A stretch of 61,251 nucleotides of DNA, counting the filler, from Sphacelaria rigidula (lineage: Eukaryota): NCBI GenBank assembly GCA_964200075.2. It is 5 parts of 5 records of this genome, joined end to end, with 100 filler letters (N's around TTAATTAATTAA, not from the genome) between each part and the next. Parts side by side here need not be neighbours in the genome. Positions count along the whole stretch, not along the records: positions 36,814 to 48,982 come from CAXNAA020004053.1; positions 49,083 to 61,251 come from CAXNAA020004054.1; 3 more parts are not named here. One strand, written 5' to 3'. Below, in pieces: positions 39,241 to 52,309 of this stretch (position 1 is the stretch's first letter; each line of letters starts with the position of its first letter). Below the pieces are notes generated by a model. The model was not told the DNA's origin. It saw only the letters and a program-made list of their open reading frames with translations, and did not search any database. The position numbers were made by a program, and so were the translations under genes.

Positions 39241-41408
39241 TCAATATTTCCTCGTGATTCCCTGTAGCGATCATTTCTTCTGGATGGTGTCTCTCGTGTT
39301 GTACGGCCGCCACGCCGCAATCGAGAGCCTGTTCAAATATACAACTTCACGAAAAGAAAAAGAAGGACGCACTTGATGGCCTTCACATCCCCCCTCGCCG
39401 ACGTCACGCGCTACGCCGTGCCTCGCCGTTCAACTGCAACACACGCTGGGCATGATATCACCACCATTACAACCATACCGTTTCTTGACTGCCATTCGGG
39501 CCCCCCCGCCCGTTGGGGGCGGGCGGCCCGTGCAGTACCCTGGTCGTACATACCCAAACTCCGAATACCACGCCCTCTCTTTTACGCGAGTACATCATGC
39601 GCGGATTGCTAGCAACCACAACTGTAGTACGTACCTTCAAGACGGGAATGCCCGATACCAGAGCAAAATAAAAGGTCACCCGTACAGCGCTGCGCTGCTT
39701 TTGTTTTGGTCGTGACGGTTACGACTTATCTTGGGCCGCGTTCTCGTCATTTTCAATTTATTCCGGACGGCAAAGCGGACTATACAAGCAATGCAAAGCT
39801 GCACGTCGTCTAACAAGTCCCTTCAACGCCACACTGTAAGCAGAGAAAAAAAGTCCTGTGCTTTCTAAGTGTGCGTAGCCCGGCTCTATTTTGTATCCTA
39901 CTGTAGGAAACACGCACACACTCCAGAGGAACTACGTGGAACCCGTGCGGATGGAACAGACAGTCTGTTCTAGACTCTTGCTTGTTTTTTTTTATTAGGC
40001 GCGTATATGATACGCAGAAATGTAACAATATTGTTCATCGGCCTTATACCGGCTGTCGCTTCCGTGCGGTCGTGCACGTATATGTGGGTGAGCGTGATCT
40101 GCATGTGAGCTACGTCATCGAGACAGAGTCGGCAAGGAGCAGAAGCAAATATACGAGCCCCGCGAAGCCCACCACACCTGTCGGTTGGGGTTCGTGTTTA
40201 TCAGTCGATTTTCTTGAAACAAAATTACGGAGAAAATATATCGAAAAAATCATGACAATTTTCCAAAAATTGACTCCGGGAGAGGGGGGTAGGGTTAACT
40301 GTCCGAAACTCTACTCCCAAACTGGCGAACGACAATGACCACCACTGGGGCACCCCATCATTAATGGTGCTGTGGTAGTTGAAGGACTCCGCGTGGTTAA
40401 AGACTGTTATTAGCTCAGGAGCATCCGGTCCGGTTGAGGATATGTGGTCAGTGTGACGGACATCCGGTCAGGGTTAAGGACTTTCGGTATGGCTTACTTG
40501 GGCTCAAAGGCCATCCGCCTTGGAGTGCAGACGACCGGCCGAGGTTGATGACATGAGGAGGCAACAGTCATAGTCAAGATATCCAAGAATAACTTTCTCG
40601 CAGCAGGAATTTCTGCAGTAGGTATCCGAACCGATGCAAGAACAGTTTAGTGGCGAATATATATATATTTTCTCCGACTTTATGTACGCGAGAGATTGTG
40701 GAATACAATACTTGTTTATATTGAAGGTGTACGTGGGTGCACAGGGTCGTTCCGGCGAGCTATGCGGATTCATCCCGAGGGAGGTTGTCCGTAAGCCGGA
40801 AAGGATGCCCTTAATACCAACCCGATGTCCTTAACACCGACCACGTGTTCTCAAGCTAAAAGCAATCCTTCACCAGGCGGAGTCCTTCAACCGCAAGAGG
40901 TCCACTTAGCTCGCGGTCCTCTCACCCGTAACAGTTGCGATGAAATCCCGCCTCTGTTGTTTTTGATAGTAACTGTTGAAATACGTGGGCTGTGTTTCGT
41001 TTTGGCAGACAGAGGAATACGGGCTTCTCGGACCCATAGATGCACGACTCGGAGATATCCACTCGTCGCCCAGTTTTAACACAACACAAGCTTTTTAGGA
41101 CGCGGCGGTGTGTACATGCACGTGCGACCTGTGTATGGCATCCTAACACGACATATATGTTGTTGAATTCCGTGCCCTTGCCCCCAGCTGCCATCAGTTC
41201 GGGGAAAGAGGACCTTAACAACAGTTTTGGGCACACCTGAGTACCGTAAATGGGCGTCCCAAATGTCACCGACCCAAAACACGAACATGCTCACACATTT
41301 AGACTTTTGCGGCGAAAGGGGGACAATGTGCCTTACACGTTATCACAGTACGACAACTCACATCCCCAACATGACCATCGGTGGGTTTCCGGTATCACTT
41401 AACAATAA

Positions 41409-41777
41409 GCCGGTCGCCCCGGTGGCTCAGTTGCTAACCTCGTGGCCTTGTGACGGTTGAGAGGTGGGGTTCGATTCCCGGAGCGGTCTGGGATTTTTAC
41501 TTACACCATGCCCAACAGTGGAGTAACCCTACGTCGCGGGTACACAAAATTCGACTTCACGGTCGACGAGGGAACGGGACGGCTGATCCCCTCTCAAGAT
41601 GAAAAATAAAAAGGCAAGCACCGCAGAAGGAAGGTGGGGTACTAAAAACAAATAAAAAAGGAAAAGCTCCTGCGTTGACCTTCCTCCTCTGCGACCCCGG
41701 CTGATGCGCCCACATATCCCGCAAGGGGTACACTGCCCAGAATAAATGGGACCACAACACACACACACACAACACAC
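41409..41777 (+). mobile_element. Full-length tRNA-derived SINE
   Basis: A-box-like TGGCTCAGTTG, B-box GGTTCGATTCC, conserved body and CA-repeat tail; similar copies elsewhere in the window. Confidence 0.85.
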
Positions 41778-42233
41778 TTAATGTATCAGAAACCTAATCA
41801 GTTTGCTCCTCGCTGATGGACGGTGTGTGCAAGGTAGGGGCGGCTGACGTTGTAGAGAGGATGATTAGGTTGGGAGAGAAGTAGCTCTTCTGTCATATTG
41901 ATGTCTGTCTTCTTGAGTCAGAACATGCACAACATCGCAGTGCACGACTGAAAGATGTGAAAGGCTGCAGACGTTCATGTTACTGGCGGCAGATGCCATT
42001 AATTTGTTGACATATCCGACTCACTACCAACTGTGACCAACCACTGAAAATCTGTCTACAGCAACGACGGCGCGGCGTGTAAACCTCATCATATATGTTG
42101 CCCCGTCTGCATATGCATGGCACCATATAGGTTCGTAACGCGTTCGTCGTGGAGCCTGCCGTTGGCGGATGACATGCATAGGTCGTGTGCGGTACCTTGC
42201 GTGCCGATATTTTCGTGCAGCACGGTCGCTGTC

Positions 42234-45200
42234 TTCATTTCAGAAAGCGTAGGTTGCCAGTATAGTTCACAAGACGAGTGGGGCAGGTCGTCTGACTCGG
42301 TTTACAACGCCGTCCGGATCTTCAAAGTGTCCTGTGCTCGTATAGCGTCCTCCTCGCACGTGATGGACGTCAAACACCAGACTCACTTTTGCCGAGGCGA
42401 AGCTCGATTGCTTTCAGTGGTCTCACCCGTCAACAGACACGCGTTTGCACTACTCGATACTGGCGGGTAACCAATATTACGACGGTTAGTTTCCGTATTC
42501 TCTCAAAACACAACTGCCTTCGGTATCGGACGAAGGATGATGTTTATGACTTTGAAAGCCAGCATGAAGAGTCCTTCATAAATGTATTTCCCTCCGATTC
42601 CCTTCTGCAGGGGTGACACCCCCGCGTGTCATATCAAGTCGGGAGGATCGGACGCAATTGTTGGCGCTGATCGGCCACGCCGTTGCCCAAAAACCCTCAT
42701 CGCTAAGGTCGTCGTCGAGGATGCGATTTTTTGCCAAATTTGCACCGAAATGAGATATACAACTTGACCGAACTGTTTGTTGTCAGTTAACCAAGACGCG
42801 ACTTTTACACGGGATGGACCGCAAAAAAATAGGTTCCTTGCAGTTTTCGCGATCACCGTAACGTGTTTTGCAGCGCCCTTATGTCAGCTTAAGTGAGTAG
42901 GGGCTGCACGCCGAGATTGGCGGTCTGGGAGAGGAAAGTAGGAAACCGCGCAGGGGAAACGCCATACAAATCAGAAGCTTTCTCGTCTGTTCATGGTTTT
43001 GGCCAGTGACATCCTCGCGGCTGGATATTGGGGGGCCAGACGCGCCCATAGCAGTACGTGCTATTTCTCGAGTCTCGAGCGCGGATCGCGAAACAACGTA
43101 CGGGATTTGGACAGGAAGAGCTGTCTGAAAGTAATCGCCGCCCTCCTGCCCAATTTTCAAAATTCACGTAGGAGAGGATTACTTTCGAAGGTCCATTATC
43201 ATCGCCCCTCTTGTTTGCAGAAATCTCCTAAATTGCAAGGACTGCCGTATATCTCATGATTCGCGAATGCTCAAGAGAGCAACCCGGCGTTTTCACTGAG
43301 CAGCTCTGGACATGCACATAATCGACGAGGACCACGATCGCCGCTATAGCATGGGCACAAGAGGTATAACCTTGATGATGGTGGCCCGGAGTTGTTGACA
43401 ACCGTGGCACTCATATGAGGCATGTATGGAGGGGCCTAACCCTCACTGTAAGTGCTAAGATCGAACACTAAGACGAACGGATATTCGGAGAAAACAGGAG
43501 GTAATTCACACAAGAAGAGAAGGCCAAAACGCACAGCCCGTTCCAATTGAGAAGTGAAGAGCGCGAGGATGAAAGGTAGCAGGGAAACGGACGTTTGCGG
43601 TAAGTTCCTCTCGTTCACGTTTCACGTTTCACACGGATAATGTAGCCGGCAACCTGTTTAGAAGACGCACACCTCCTCTTATGTTGTGCACGCAGGACCT
43701 GGAGTCGTGGGGATCGCCTCCACAAGACTTCATATCCGCGAAGCCCAACCGCATCTCCGTTCAGGGACAAACCCGCTGCGGGATAATTTCAGCGATTCTC
43801 GGCGATAAATTCAACTTGGCCCCGGAATGCGCGGGGGTAGTGAATAGCTTCACGGTCCCATGGGATGAAGGTAAGCGTACTATCTCGTAGGTCGCTAAAC
43901 ATCGTGCCGTACACTGATGCACGTACAGCAAATTGTTACCCCTCCCCCCCCCAACTAGCCTATCGCATCCCGTAGCGAATGGATCTACTCCCGTCCGAAG
44001 TCGTAAGTTTTTAATGCCGCGACCATGCTTCGTGTGAGGATAGGATATCGTCCGAGTTACTTGTACAACAAGGTCTTCAGCTACGTCGACAGCTGCATAC
44101 CCTTCCCAGGAATCCCTGACATGAACATTTTTCACATATGTCTTACTCCTGGCAGAACATGTCCGGAAGTGAGGAATCACTTCCGTCGCGCCGCCTGCAA
44201 ATCAGCAGCGCCGCGCGGTAGAAACGCCTCTGACATGAACGCCTGTCAAAACAATCCTCAACATACTTCGCAGGTGTCTCGAGGTCCGGTGCCCACAGAG
44301 ATCGCCTCAGTAACCCTCCCGTTGGTGCTCTTCCGCCGGGTTGTTGTATTCAGGTCAGCGTTGCGTGTTGAAGGAGGTCATGCTAAAAGGGGAAACACCT
44401 TTCGTGGCTCCGTGTTACGATTTCCTTTTTCATACGGCCGCACGTGACGTGGGCCACGCTCAGCACATGTCGGAGGAGAAGTCCAAGGCAAGTGAGGGAA
44501 GGCGGCAACGCAGAGGGGGGGTCATGATCCACGCGTGTATACTACGATTCCCACAGTTAGTCGAATTGTGGTATGTTACTGTGGTTGGTGCAGTATTATA
44601 TTTGGGTAACATTCTTCATTTGCCATTTCGTCGGATTTTGCGCTCACCACCGCTCATGGCATTGGTGATCTCATCTGACTTGTATCCACTTCACATTCGA
44701 ACGAAAGCGAGTCATCCGTGCTTAATAGTGCGTGACTTCGTCGCTGGCCCTGACACACCACGGTGGTATGCGCCGTACCAACGCTGCTAGCCGAGCATGT
44801 GCGTGTTATTTTTCTCTCCCTCACAGCGGCCATCCCTCCACACACGGCCATTCGGACACACCCAACACTGAAAAGGGACGGTCATTGCTTCATACTCGCG
44901 AGGATTTCCACGCCTCCAGATAACCACTTTTTTCTTTCCTCCAGATGGATTGAAATCGTCTGGAGGCCTGTTTTGGCTGTGGAGGGCCGCGAATCCCTCT
45001 GTAGGAATGTCGAGGGATGCGCGCCCGCCTACAGCAACGTCTGTTTGGTTCCTCTCGAGCTATTCAGATCTCGCAAGTCACTGGAGCCTTACATGTCCTC
45101 CAGAGGATTCGTTTATGACGCCCCCGTGGATAAGGCACTGCACAGGATATGTTATCCTCGCGGGAATGAAAATTGCTCCAATGGTTCTCTTGGGGAGGAG

Positions 45201-47333
45201 CAGAATGGCCGCGCGTGTCTAGGTAGATGTTCGTCTTTTGTTTTGTTCATGTTCTTCCTTCCCGTTCTCTCGTGTCCTCTCGTTTCACGTTTTACTGTAC
45301 CATGTTACGTCGCCGGACCTGTGAAGTATATTCGTAAATTTGCTTTTCCTACAGCAAGTGTGGTATCAGTACCACTGTATGAAGGATACGTGTATCACGT
45401 GACAACACGGGGGTTTCCCTGCAGGGGTCGGATTTTAGGATGGATTTCCGATTGGCGATATGCACAGGGAGAATTCGAACCCTTGTATCAACATCGAAGG
45501 TTCGGGATAACGTCTATTTCCCTTCACCTACTGGTAGGTGTTGACAAGTACTACAAGACATACGAATTTGTATGTCGACAACGGAGACGTCGTGGTCCCA
45601 CGTGGGAGGCCCGTTTCGGGGTCAAGAAATGCACAGCTGTAATAACATTTTTAATTTATTGCAGGTGTACGCGCTCGTTCCAGTCGAGGCGGAAAACACC
45701 CAGAATTGCGAATGAAATCCTCGTCGTACTTGACAGATGTAGTGGCATTGCCCGACAACACCTAGTGACAACGGACTTGATGTATTTCTTCGACTCCCTC
45801 CCTTGCCACGGTTCATCGCCTTGGGGATGCGAAGGGACTGGTATCCGCACCATATTCCAAAAGTGGAAGAGATTTATACTTACTGAAATACTGATCGGCT
45901 TACGGGCTCAAGGGCCAACGAACGGTGCTGTTGCCACGTATCCACCCAGGTTCTGAATTTTCGCTCGATCGAGTCTGTCCCGATTGCAGTAGTCAAGAAT
46001 TGTACGGCTTTATTATTTTGAAATTTAAAGTATTCGTTGCAGTGGAGCCGCCAAGAAGTGTTTCACGAACAAGTAAACCGCCGCCATGAACGAGGTGACT
46101 AATCCTATCGCCCGAGCACACAAACTTACAGCAATTTGGGTACAGTGCTTTGAGGAGGATCTTCCCATGGTACAAAAATCCACCGCTACTGGCACTTTTC
46201 GCATTGTTCCAAAGCGTTATACGCCACAAAGCCCCGAAAATCAAAAACACCGGACACCTGCGGCGACGACGACTCTACAACATCTCAGGCGATGGGGAAG
46301 CGTGCATACCTGTACCGGTTCACGATATCACGGGATACACCCATCCTCACCCCCCTCCCCCGTGAAGGATCGCCGACAATCCGCGCTACATCACTGCTGA
46401 CGCGAAGAACATGTTGTGCAAGCGCCAATGCCCCCGACATTTCCATGTGTGAAGGAGGGAACGATGTTATCGTCCGGAAATGCCGTTATTCACCAGCGAG
46501 CATATGACACGTTATGTGGGCGGTTTTCATGAGCGAGCTACCGCCGCGTTTGGCGTACTTCACACCGTGGAAGCGTCGGAGTGTTTCACCTATTGCCGCA
46601 AGGAGTACTCCCGTATTTCGCACGATAATACTCGAACTGAACATAGAACACGCAAGGGGTAGATGGTCGTTTGAAGCCGCCGGTCATTGGGACGATCCGC
46701 ACGTGTAACGCGAGGACGTATGCGTACAGTGAAATTGCACGTCTGTATGTACTCTGCTGCCGACACATCGCATTTTATTCAGTAGGTTGAACTTTGTTGA
46801 TGCTCAAAGCTACGTACGCATGCGGCCATTCACAACACCTGTACACCGACTTGATGGACAATTCCTTATGACTAACACGCACGATTTCCCCACCGCATCT
46901 GTCAATCATCCCGTCGTCGTTCCCGCAGAAACCTGGACTATGGTCAGCTATGGGGGTCATAGGTCCGATCGTAAGACAGATAAATTTCCCGACGGAGAAG
47001 ATATGTTCCTCTCACATAGAAGAAATCATAGGCGAAGAGTGGAGGGCGATCATACTCCCAACTCCATCACCTGAAGGGACATATTCGAAGGATCAGGAAG
47101 GCGCCGAGCTAAACGCGAAACGCCGCGTCACGGATTACGCGGCGCAATACCTACTGGACTACGTCCTCTCCGGCAAGGACGCGAAGCCGAAAACGATTGC
47201 AGATGTGAGACCTTTGGTCACTCTCGCGTACATCTTGAGTTGTCACGACAAAACGTGGCCGCTGACAAGTGTGGTGCAGGCCCGCCTCGAGAGCGAAGAT
47301 TCTATTGGCAAGGTACGGCAGATCGAGCGGTGA
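42234..47333 (+). pseudogene. Unidentified degraded coding region with apparent short introns, including the 397-codon ORF 44763-45956
   Basis: Protein-like segments bounded by splice-like signals, e.g. exon 43695-43870 (CAG|...AAG|GTAAGC). Scattered stops. No family recognised with confidence. Confidence 0.3.
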
Positions 47334-48982
47334 GACACAATGACTCCATTTGACATAGATAAATCCAATTTCAGTGGTAACTTTGCTAGTACTGGAGACA
47401 CGAGGCTATGATAGGTAGTGTATAAAGTATGCACACCGCGATACAGTCACACGTGCGATGAGGATAAGGGTCACAACGCAAACTCCGCTCAAACGCAAGA
47501 GGTCATGGAACCCTGCACAGTGTTACTCAAGAAGCGAGTGGTGAAAGAACAGGCAAAGAGGTAGGATTCACTTGGCGATCCCCCTCGCCGACCACAGACA
47601 AAAACGGTTGGTTGATCATTGACGCCGAAACGAATAACAAAGTAACAGGCTTGATCGACTGCGAAAGAAACGAGTGGTCGAGGATGAATGAAGGGGCTGT
47701 CCCATCTTAGCGAAGCGTGTCCCCGTACGATCCGTAGGACAAGTACTGTCAAACCATGCCATCCACATCAATGAACGCTTCATACACGAGAGTTGAGGAA
47801 TGTGTTTTCTGCTCTCAGAGTCCGACTGGAAGGATTTAATGGCAACATTTTAGAGTGAGAATGTTTTTCGGATTTAGAGGGTGATTAGTCTTGGCTGCCA
47901 CCTCACATGCTACACCTCTGAAGGTCGAGGCTGGCATCCAATACAGACTATTCGGCTGAAGTGTTTTAGTTTTCATATATAGAGAGTTAAACCTGTCTCT
48001 CCAACTTCACTGGCACTGCAAGCGCTCGCGCCACACGCGACGATTCGGTCGCCCGTAGAACAATTCCACTATAATTTCGATGTCCATAACGTGGAGGATG
48101 TCACCTTATTCGCAGACGTGGGTACTAACGAGTCCCGTGGATGGCATATCATGCTACAGTGACTTATTACGTCCGGCTCCCTTGAAAATAACGCAAACGA
48201 TAGTGTTGTGGAGGACGTAACACATATAACAACATATATATTCGTGACATTGAGAGTAGAGCGCGAATTGAGAGTGACCTTGATCATTCGCTTAAACTTA
48301 GCCAATTTATCATTCCGTGTGCTTCCAGCTACACGTCGATATCCTGATCAGTGATATGAAGCGCCTCAGTGGCAAGCTACAACAGAAAGAGTAGCGGGCC
48401 TCGTGAAGGGGCATGTCGGAACTGAAACGATTAATCCATTAATTGACCGCACTTCACTCTCAATCGTTTCATCTACTCTCAATCTCACCAAAACATTGTT
48501 CTATCCATATTCCTCCGGAGGAATGCGCGGCCCTGGAGACTGAAATCAGGGCTGAAAAGGAAGCAATCCAGGCGGCGGATATAAAAAGATGCACACGTGG
48601 AGACGTTTCATTCCTCTGGAGGCGTGCGCGTAAACCCTCTGCACGATCGCAAGAAGACAGGTCCTGTGAAATTTTGGGGATCGCCGAATGTCCGCGTGCG
48701 ACTGGGTCCTGTACTATCGACTTATATGCCTGTTTCTCGCTAACCGTAACCTATTCTGCCACTTTATCTTGTAAATAGGACAGGTTCTACTTCCACACAA
48801 GTTCTATACAGGCATGTGAGATGCATTCGTTTCGATGACGGTCCGTTGCAAAATATCATCACACCAGAGGAAACCATGATGATGGTGAAAACATGAACTA
48901 TATTGTGAAATCCAAGGGGCCCTACAGACTGGAAAACGGTTTATACCTCCCCCCCCCCCCCGGGGGGTGGTCGAGAATGAGG

Positions 48983-49082
48983 NNNNNNNNNNNNNNNNNN
49001 NNNNNNNNNNNNNNNNNNNNNNNNNNTTAATTAATTAANNNNNNNNNNNNNNNNNNNNNNNNNNNNNNNNNNNNNNNNNNNN
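48983..49082. other. Artificial contig linker
   Basis: 44N-TTAATTAATTAA-44N. Confidence 0.97.
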
Positions 49083-51173
49083 GAAAGGGGTGCGTGGTAA
49101 ATGGCCGAACGACGAAGGCAAGCAACAAATGAGTACCCCCCCCCCCCCCGCCGCCATCCTCCCCCCGCCCATCAGGGGGGGCTAAGTAAAGGCCAATTTG
49201 TGTAAGACAAGCCAACCACGAAGTGTCCCATGGAGCTTTTTCATGTAAGATAATGTACGTCATCGCCTTTGGGACCGGGCCTCCAAAAAGACCAATGAGG
49301 CTGGTTAGGAATGACGTGTCTGGCGGAAGCAGGGGCTTCGTGTGAAAATCCACGTATGTAACCGCAGGGTTAGGAGGAAAACCGAAAGTTTCGTCCAATC
49401 TATTTTCAGGTGCAGATACAAACTGCAATTCGGGTAGGGTGCGCATTAGGTAATTTACATCTGATGTAATAAGCAGTATAAGTCGCCGTAGAGAGCTTTC
49501 AACAGGATGGGGCGACCGACGGGCCGCTCGCCACTCGTGACTTTGGATGATATTATTGTTCCCATCACCTTGCCACACAGCCCTTTGTGGTCGGGGTGGG
49601 CCGCGATTTCCCTTTTTGTTGCAAACGACAAATTCTCTTCGAATGGTATGGGCGTTGCGGCGCACATACATACGGTACAGTACTGTACAGTTGCCGCTGC
49701 GTACTCCCTTGCACGTTCTGGGCAGTCATCAGCTACCGAGATCAACCGCCTATATACCGCTTCTTCGTCCCCGCCCACTACATGTTTACTGTGTTCTGCA
49801 AGGCATCGACAGAGGGATAGGCGAAAGTCATCGCTAGAGCTCCTTCTGTCCTTCCACGCCCCAGCTGGATTTAGTGCCTCGTGAAAATGACCACATTGCA
49901 GCATGTACGCTTTTTCCCGGTTTTTCCCCCTCGATCATGTGTTAGTGTAATTACTACGTTTTAGTATAGGCTGGCGACCCCAAAAAACATCCGGGAAATC
50001 ACGCGAGCGCTGCACTGAAAACAAGTAAAACGAAAAATCGCTCCTCGAGCATCCTGCCTTCGCGTACTTGGAAATGCATTTATCTGGGCCAGGGACAGCG
50101 TCACCACACGATCTTGGCAGTGACATCAAACTCGGTATCGATCCCCGCGCTGGTCGTTCGGGTCTGATCGATAAATTTCGCCTCGCCGTGATTGAGCAGG
50201 TCGGTCCCTGGCCTGTTTTTGATTGTTTCACTAACACATGGTCAACCCCGTGTTAGAGGGGGGTCGGTCCCAAAAGGGTCAAGACATGCCCTATATACCC
50301 AAGACAGTCATCAGCCACCATGCGCCTCAGAAGCATCTTTTTGGTCACAGGACCTGCCCGCATCCCTGGTGTGTATGGTAGTACCTCGCTGTGCACACAG
50401 TAGAAGGGGGCATGAGCTTCGCCCCTGACTGCCTGCGCCGGTCAGGTACTTGCGCCAGTGACACGATACTCTTTGCTGCTGCGCGGCATTGTTTTCTGCA
50501 GAAACGATTGAATAAAAAGCCGGGTGTGTGCAGCAAATGTAGCGTAGGCAGCCTTGTAGATTGTTCAAATACTACGCTACTCTTCTATTGCTACTCCTTC
50601 TCAGCCCATCGTTTGTCAAGATCACCCTGCATGTTCACTGTCCATCTATACATCTACATACCGAGTGCGATGCTTCATTTATACTGTAGATGGTTTCCTG
50701 ACCCTCTGATGAATAGTTGTACTGGGTCTGAAAGCCGCATTTCGAATTTCAATGTGTCCATTCTCAGGGGCTGCTCTGTCTAGTCGACGACCTCGGTGAC
50801 TTCGGCAGACACCAGCATAAAGGATCCACATCAGCATCAAGGATCCACATCAGATGAAGAATACACATGAGGCATTCGAGAAGCAAGTGGTGTCTCACAG
50901 TGGTTTTCCCGAAGATTCGACGCATTACCGAGATATTTAACATCGCGGTTGTTTAGTCATACCGTTTTGAAATATCGGTGATAATGCTGCTGACTACTGA
51001 CTACCCGCACGAAACTCACGCGACGAAGATTTGACACCACTGTGGAAGGCGGTGGGCATACCTCGCGCCTACCTCGCTCTAGCACTTCAAGTCATGTCAC
51101 CCGAGCGACGTTTCCTAATCTCTACCGTGTTTGCTCCCGACATGCACTTTCCTGGCCTTTGTACACACCCCAG

Positions 51174-51281
51174 GCTTTGCTGTTCTCGCCGGAGCCGTTT
51201 CTGCGTTGCCAGGGCGTCCAACATGTGGCTGTATGGCGCAGCCGGGAGCGAATACCGCACGCCGTTGAGACCACGGCCCAG
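51174..51281 (+). CDS. LAS1: Las1 HEPN endoribonuclease (pre-rRNA ITS2 processing), first visible exon
   Basis: CAG|...CAG|GTAAGA, phase 0-0; ALLFSPEPFLRCQGVQHVAVWRSRERIPHAVETTAQ fits the Las1 N-terminal WxxRxxxPxAVExTA pattern. The upstream exon was not found. Confidence 0.82.
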
Positions 51282-51582
51282 GTAAGAAACTACGCTTCAG
51301 GACTCGAAATACAACCGTGGCCGTTGCACTGCAGGGTCTTGCCGTACGTGCGTCAATCAACTAGCCGCCATGACACGAGCTCTTCATGTTTCGGGCGGTG
51401 ACTGGTGCGAATATCACAGAGTACGCATATGTCATGCAGCCACGGCATGCAGGTTGTTCAATTCAAGCGAATTCAGCTATTGTAAATACCATAACATGAC
51501 CCCGTGCATCGCATCACAACCACGCCTTGTGTCGCACAAACACTTACTATAGCGCGATAAATATTGATGTCGACTGTACTAG

Positions 51583-51939
51583 ACCGGTCGCCCTGGTGGC
51601 TCAGTTGGTAACCTGGAAACCCTGTGACGGTTGGGTCGTGGGTTCAATTCTCGGAGCGATCTGGAATTTTTTCTCATGCCCAACAGTGGAGAGCGACAAT
51701 GTCGTGGGTACACAAAATTCGACTTTACGGTCGACGAGGGAAAGGGACTGCTAAACCCCTCTCGCGATAAAATAAAAGGCAAGCACCGCAGAAGGAAGAT
51801 GAGATATTAAAAACATATAAAAAAGAAAAAGATCTTGTCTTAGCCTTCCTCCTGTGTGACCCCGGCTAGTGCGCCCACATATACCGAAAGGTGTAGACCG
51901 GCGTCCAGAATAGATGGGACGACAACACACACACACAAC
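51583..51939 (+). mobile_element. Full-length tRNA-derived SINE in a Las1 intron
   Basis: tRNA-like head and CA tail; near-perfect 10-bp TSD ACTGTACT(A/G)G (51573-51582, 51940-51949). Confidence 0.88.
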
Positions 51940-52168
51940 ACTGTACTGGTTAGCAGGGCACCGCCCCTCGACTTTGGTGGGACGTAAAAACAAGTACACA
52001 CTACCGAGACGCGGGAATGCTGTTCTATTGAATCACAGTTGGTGAACTGCTGTTCCCTCATAAACTATGTCGTTCCGTTTTGTTGCCTCGTAAATTTCCT
52101 GAATGAGTCGCACTTTTGCGCCCCAAAACATGACGTGTTGCGTATGCGGACACGTGTGCACGCCGCAG

Positions 52169-52309
52169 CTGGTGGAGGTGCGCCTCAACGACGTCGAACC
52201 GGGGGGGTGGGACGTGGCGTGTGGGCGTCGTAGCGAGGAAGAGTTGCGCCTTATTTACAGCACGATTGTGGTCAGGGCTGTGAACGGCCTCACCGGCCAC
52301 GAGCAAAAG
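52169..52309 (+). CDS. LAS1: Las1 exon (GC donor)
   Basis: LVEVRLND...SEEELRLIYSTIVVRAVNGLTGHEQK fits the Las1 LRLxYxxxxxRxVNG motif; ends AAG|GCGAGC. Confidence 0.82.

Noticed and set aside
41409..41490. Functional tRNA genes at the SINE heads
   Set aside because: No convincing cloverleaf or conserved anticodon across copies, and each head is fused to the same downstream body.
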